A DNA stretch of 61,736 nt, taken from the NCBI GenBank assembly GCA_018821245.1, contig JAHJMO010000001.1, positions 1 through 61,736 on the forward strand. The letters are read 5' to 3'. This DNA comes from Patescibacteria group bacterium. GTDB taxonomy: Bacteria > Patescibacteriota > Microgenomatia > UBA10105 > UBA927. Position numbers and translations under genes: made by a program. The first letter of the stretch is position 1; every line of letters begins with the position of its first letter. Shown piece after piece: positions 60,179 through 61,736 of this stretch. The notes beneath the pieces were generated by a model that saw only the letters and a program-made list of their open reading frames with translations, did not search any database and was not told where the DNA came from.

Positions 60179-60253
60179 TTGGTCCATTCGGGCGGTTTGC
60201 TAAACCGCTGAGTCGTAAGACTCGCGTGGGTTCGAATCCCACCTCCTCCGCCA
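60164..60253 (+). tRNA. tRNA-Ser(GCT)
   Basis: Acceptor GGAGGAG/CTCCTCC, anticodon arm GCGGT-TTGCTAA-ACCGC, long variable arm, GGTTCGAATCC, encoded CCA. Confidence 0.95.
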
Positions 60254-60399
60254 GTTGGAAAATGTCTTTGTTGGCTCGCCCTCTGCGAGGGCTCGCCAGC
60301 CGATTTTAAGCGCAAATTGGAATTTTTTATCTTTGTCCCGCTACTGCGGGGCTGGCCAAAAGCGGGCTTCTCTCATTTTTAATTGGACTATTTTCATAA

Positions 60400-60453
60400 A
60401 ATTTGATAGTATTATATTGAAAGGATAGCATAACACTTTAATACTATCAAATT
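60400..60453. promoter_or_regulatory. 15-bp perfect inverted repeat, probable operator of the XRE regulator
   Basis: AATTTGATAGTATTA-N24-TAATACTATCAAATT, ending 9 bp before the ATG. Confidence 0.65.
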
Positions 60454-60462
60454 AGTGATAAT

Positions 60463-60669
60463 ATGGCAATAGAAATCAACATAGGCGAGAATATAAAAAA
60501 GTATAGAAATAAGCAGGGATTATCCCAAGAGGATTTTGCCAAGAAATCTGGCGTGAAATACACTACTCTTACAAAAATTGAAAGCAATGTTATTAAAAAG
60601 CCGTCGGTGCTTATTATGGCAAAATTAGCTAAAACACTTGGCGTTTCAATAGAATATTTAATTAAGTAA
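60463..60669 (+). CDS. XRE-family HTH regulator
   Basis: IGENIKKYR...LSQEDFAKKSGV..TTLTKIE...PS...KLAKTLGVS. Confidence 0.9.
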   Translation: MAIEINIGENIKKYRNKQGLSQEDFAKKSGVKYTTLTKIESNVIKKPSVLIMAKLAKTLGVSIEYLIK

Positions 60670-60673
60670 AACT

Positions 60674-61096
60674 ATGTGGTGGATAATTTTATTTTCAATC
60701 ATAGGGCTGTACATACTTTTTCGACTTTTTACTTTTCTATTTGGAAATTGGCGAGCAACCTTGAATCGTGTAATAACCCAATATGTTGCGTGGAAGCAGA
60801 TGGAACCTAAATATTCTGATGAGCAAGTTTTTATGACCCTATTAGATCATCGCTATCCAGAGCAAACGGGGTTTATGCGAAAAATGCATGACCGAAAAGA
60901 AAAAATCAAAGAGAGTATCAAAGCTGAAATAGTAGGCGAGATGAGCGTTATTGATAAATACAGCTTGCCCATTCTTATTTACACCTGCCTTTTGATAGAG
61001 GAAAATAATTATCTTAATTCTCAAAAAAGTGTAGAAGAACTTTTAGAGCCAATTACACAAGAAGTTAAAAGACAAGGTTTTGAGAAATATTGCTAA
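60674..61096 (+). CDS. Hypothetical protein with N-terminal TM helix
   Basis: AT-rich ORF in an operon with the XRE gene. Confidence 0.65.
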   Translation: MWWIILFSIIGLYILFRLFTFLFGNWRATLNRVITQYVAWKQMEPKYSDEQVFMTLLDHRYPEQTGFMRKMHDRKEKIKESIKAEIVGEMSVIDKYSLPILIYTCLLIEENNYLNSQKSVEELLEPITQEVKRQGFEKYC

Positions 61097-61099
61097 TCT

Positions 61100-61657
61100 A
61101 TGTTTAATTTTTTTAGTAAAAAACAGCCACCGGCTAAATTAACAGAGGACGAGTTGCGCCTGAAAGCCGCTGGCGTTAATTTTGCAATCTTTACAATTTC
61201 AGACGAGATTACAAAAAATCTACAAAAAGAGGTTAAGGACTTGAGTAAACTAAAGCAAGAAGAAATAAATAATGTGTTTTTTGTTGTGTCTTATGTAGCA
61301 TTATTTCAAGCACAAAAATTCTTTTGGGAAAATTTTATCCAAGATGAGGAAAATGCAAGAATTTTTGAGGCTCACTTATTCCGTATGTTTGAAAAAACCT
61401 CTGGAGTTAATCCAAAGCCCCACATACAAGATTTGGTTAAGTATGTTCAACAAGGTGAGCCTTCGAGAGAAGTGCAATATATTGGAAGTAAAATTTGCAG
61501 GACACTAGAAAAGGAAGATGCATTTTTAATGCTTGAAATTTCAACCGTGTTTGCTTCATTTTTAACGCATGGCTTTTATGAATCGATGAAGCGAGCGTGG
61601 GAATTACCTAACGAAACATTAAAAGAAATGGCAGATAAATTGGAAAGTTCCAATTAG
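61100..61657 (+). CDS. Hypothetical protein
   Basis: AT-rich 185-aa ORF, 3 bp after the previous gene. Confidence 0.65.
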   Translation: MFNFFSKKQPPAKLTEDELRLKAAGVNFAIFTISDEITKNLQKEVKDLSKLKQEEINNVFFVVSYVALFQAQKFFWENFIQDEENARIFEAHLFRMFEKTSGVNPKPHIQDLVKYVQQGEPSREVQYIGSKICRTLEKEDAFLMLEISTVFASFLTHGFYESMKRAWELPNETLKEMADKLESSN

Positions 61658-61736
61658 AAAGAATTTGCCGCCAAAGAAAAACCTGAAATCGTCGCCTCGC
61701 TAAGCGAGGCAAAAACTGCCAAAGAACCTGGCCGAA

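Overview
Chromosomal window from a Patescibacteria/CPR bacterium (Microgenomates-like gene content; inference). TGA acts as a stop codon, consistent with code 11. Left to right: (1) a compact RiPP-like cassette: QueC-like PP-loop ATPase, an unannotated 28-aa YxxP-leader peptide with its own promoter and SD, a PqqD/RRE protein and an S26 peptidase; (2) a ~16.5 kb surface-glycan locus (Wzx, GT2/GT4/GT26/GT-C, two O-antigen-ligase-like proteins, GH27-CBM51, PIG-L, RGP/GT75); (3) dnaA-oriC-dnaN with DnaA boxes and DnaA-trios; (4) a T4SS-like locus with no visible relaxase or integrase (PrgI, VirB4, VirD4, VirB6-like, zincin, six tandem VirB2-like pilins) that encloses nadD-nadE and a ~1335-aa orphan; (5) an ECF sigma factor, then a mevalonate operon with an archaeal-type upper module, an inserted methyltransferase, a PMK-Nudix fusion, MVD and uppS; (6) two more pilins, a SpoIID-like protein, smpB, tmRNA, comF, thiN and an aminotransferase; (7) a LAGLIDADG gene overlapping tRNA-Ser(GCT), followed by an AT-rich probable island edge. 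The best candidates for novelty are the QueC-like RiPP cassette and the recurring 7-8 bp tandem or palindromic in-frame inserts in conserved enzymes. All calls come from motif reading by eye; no database searches were run.
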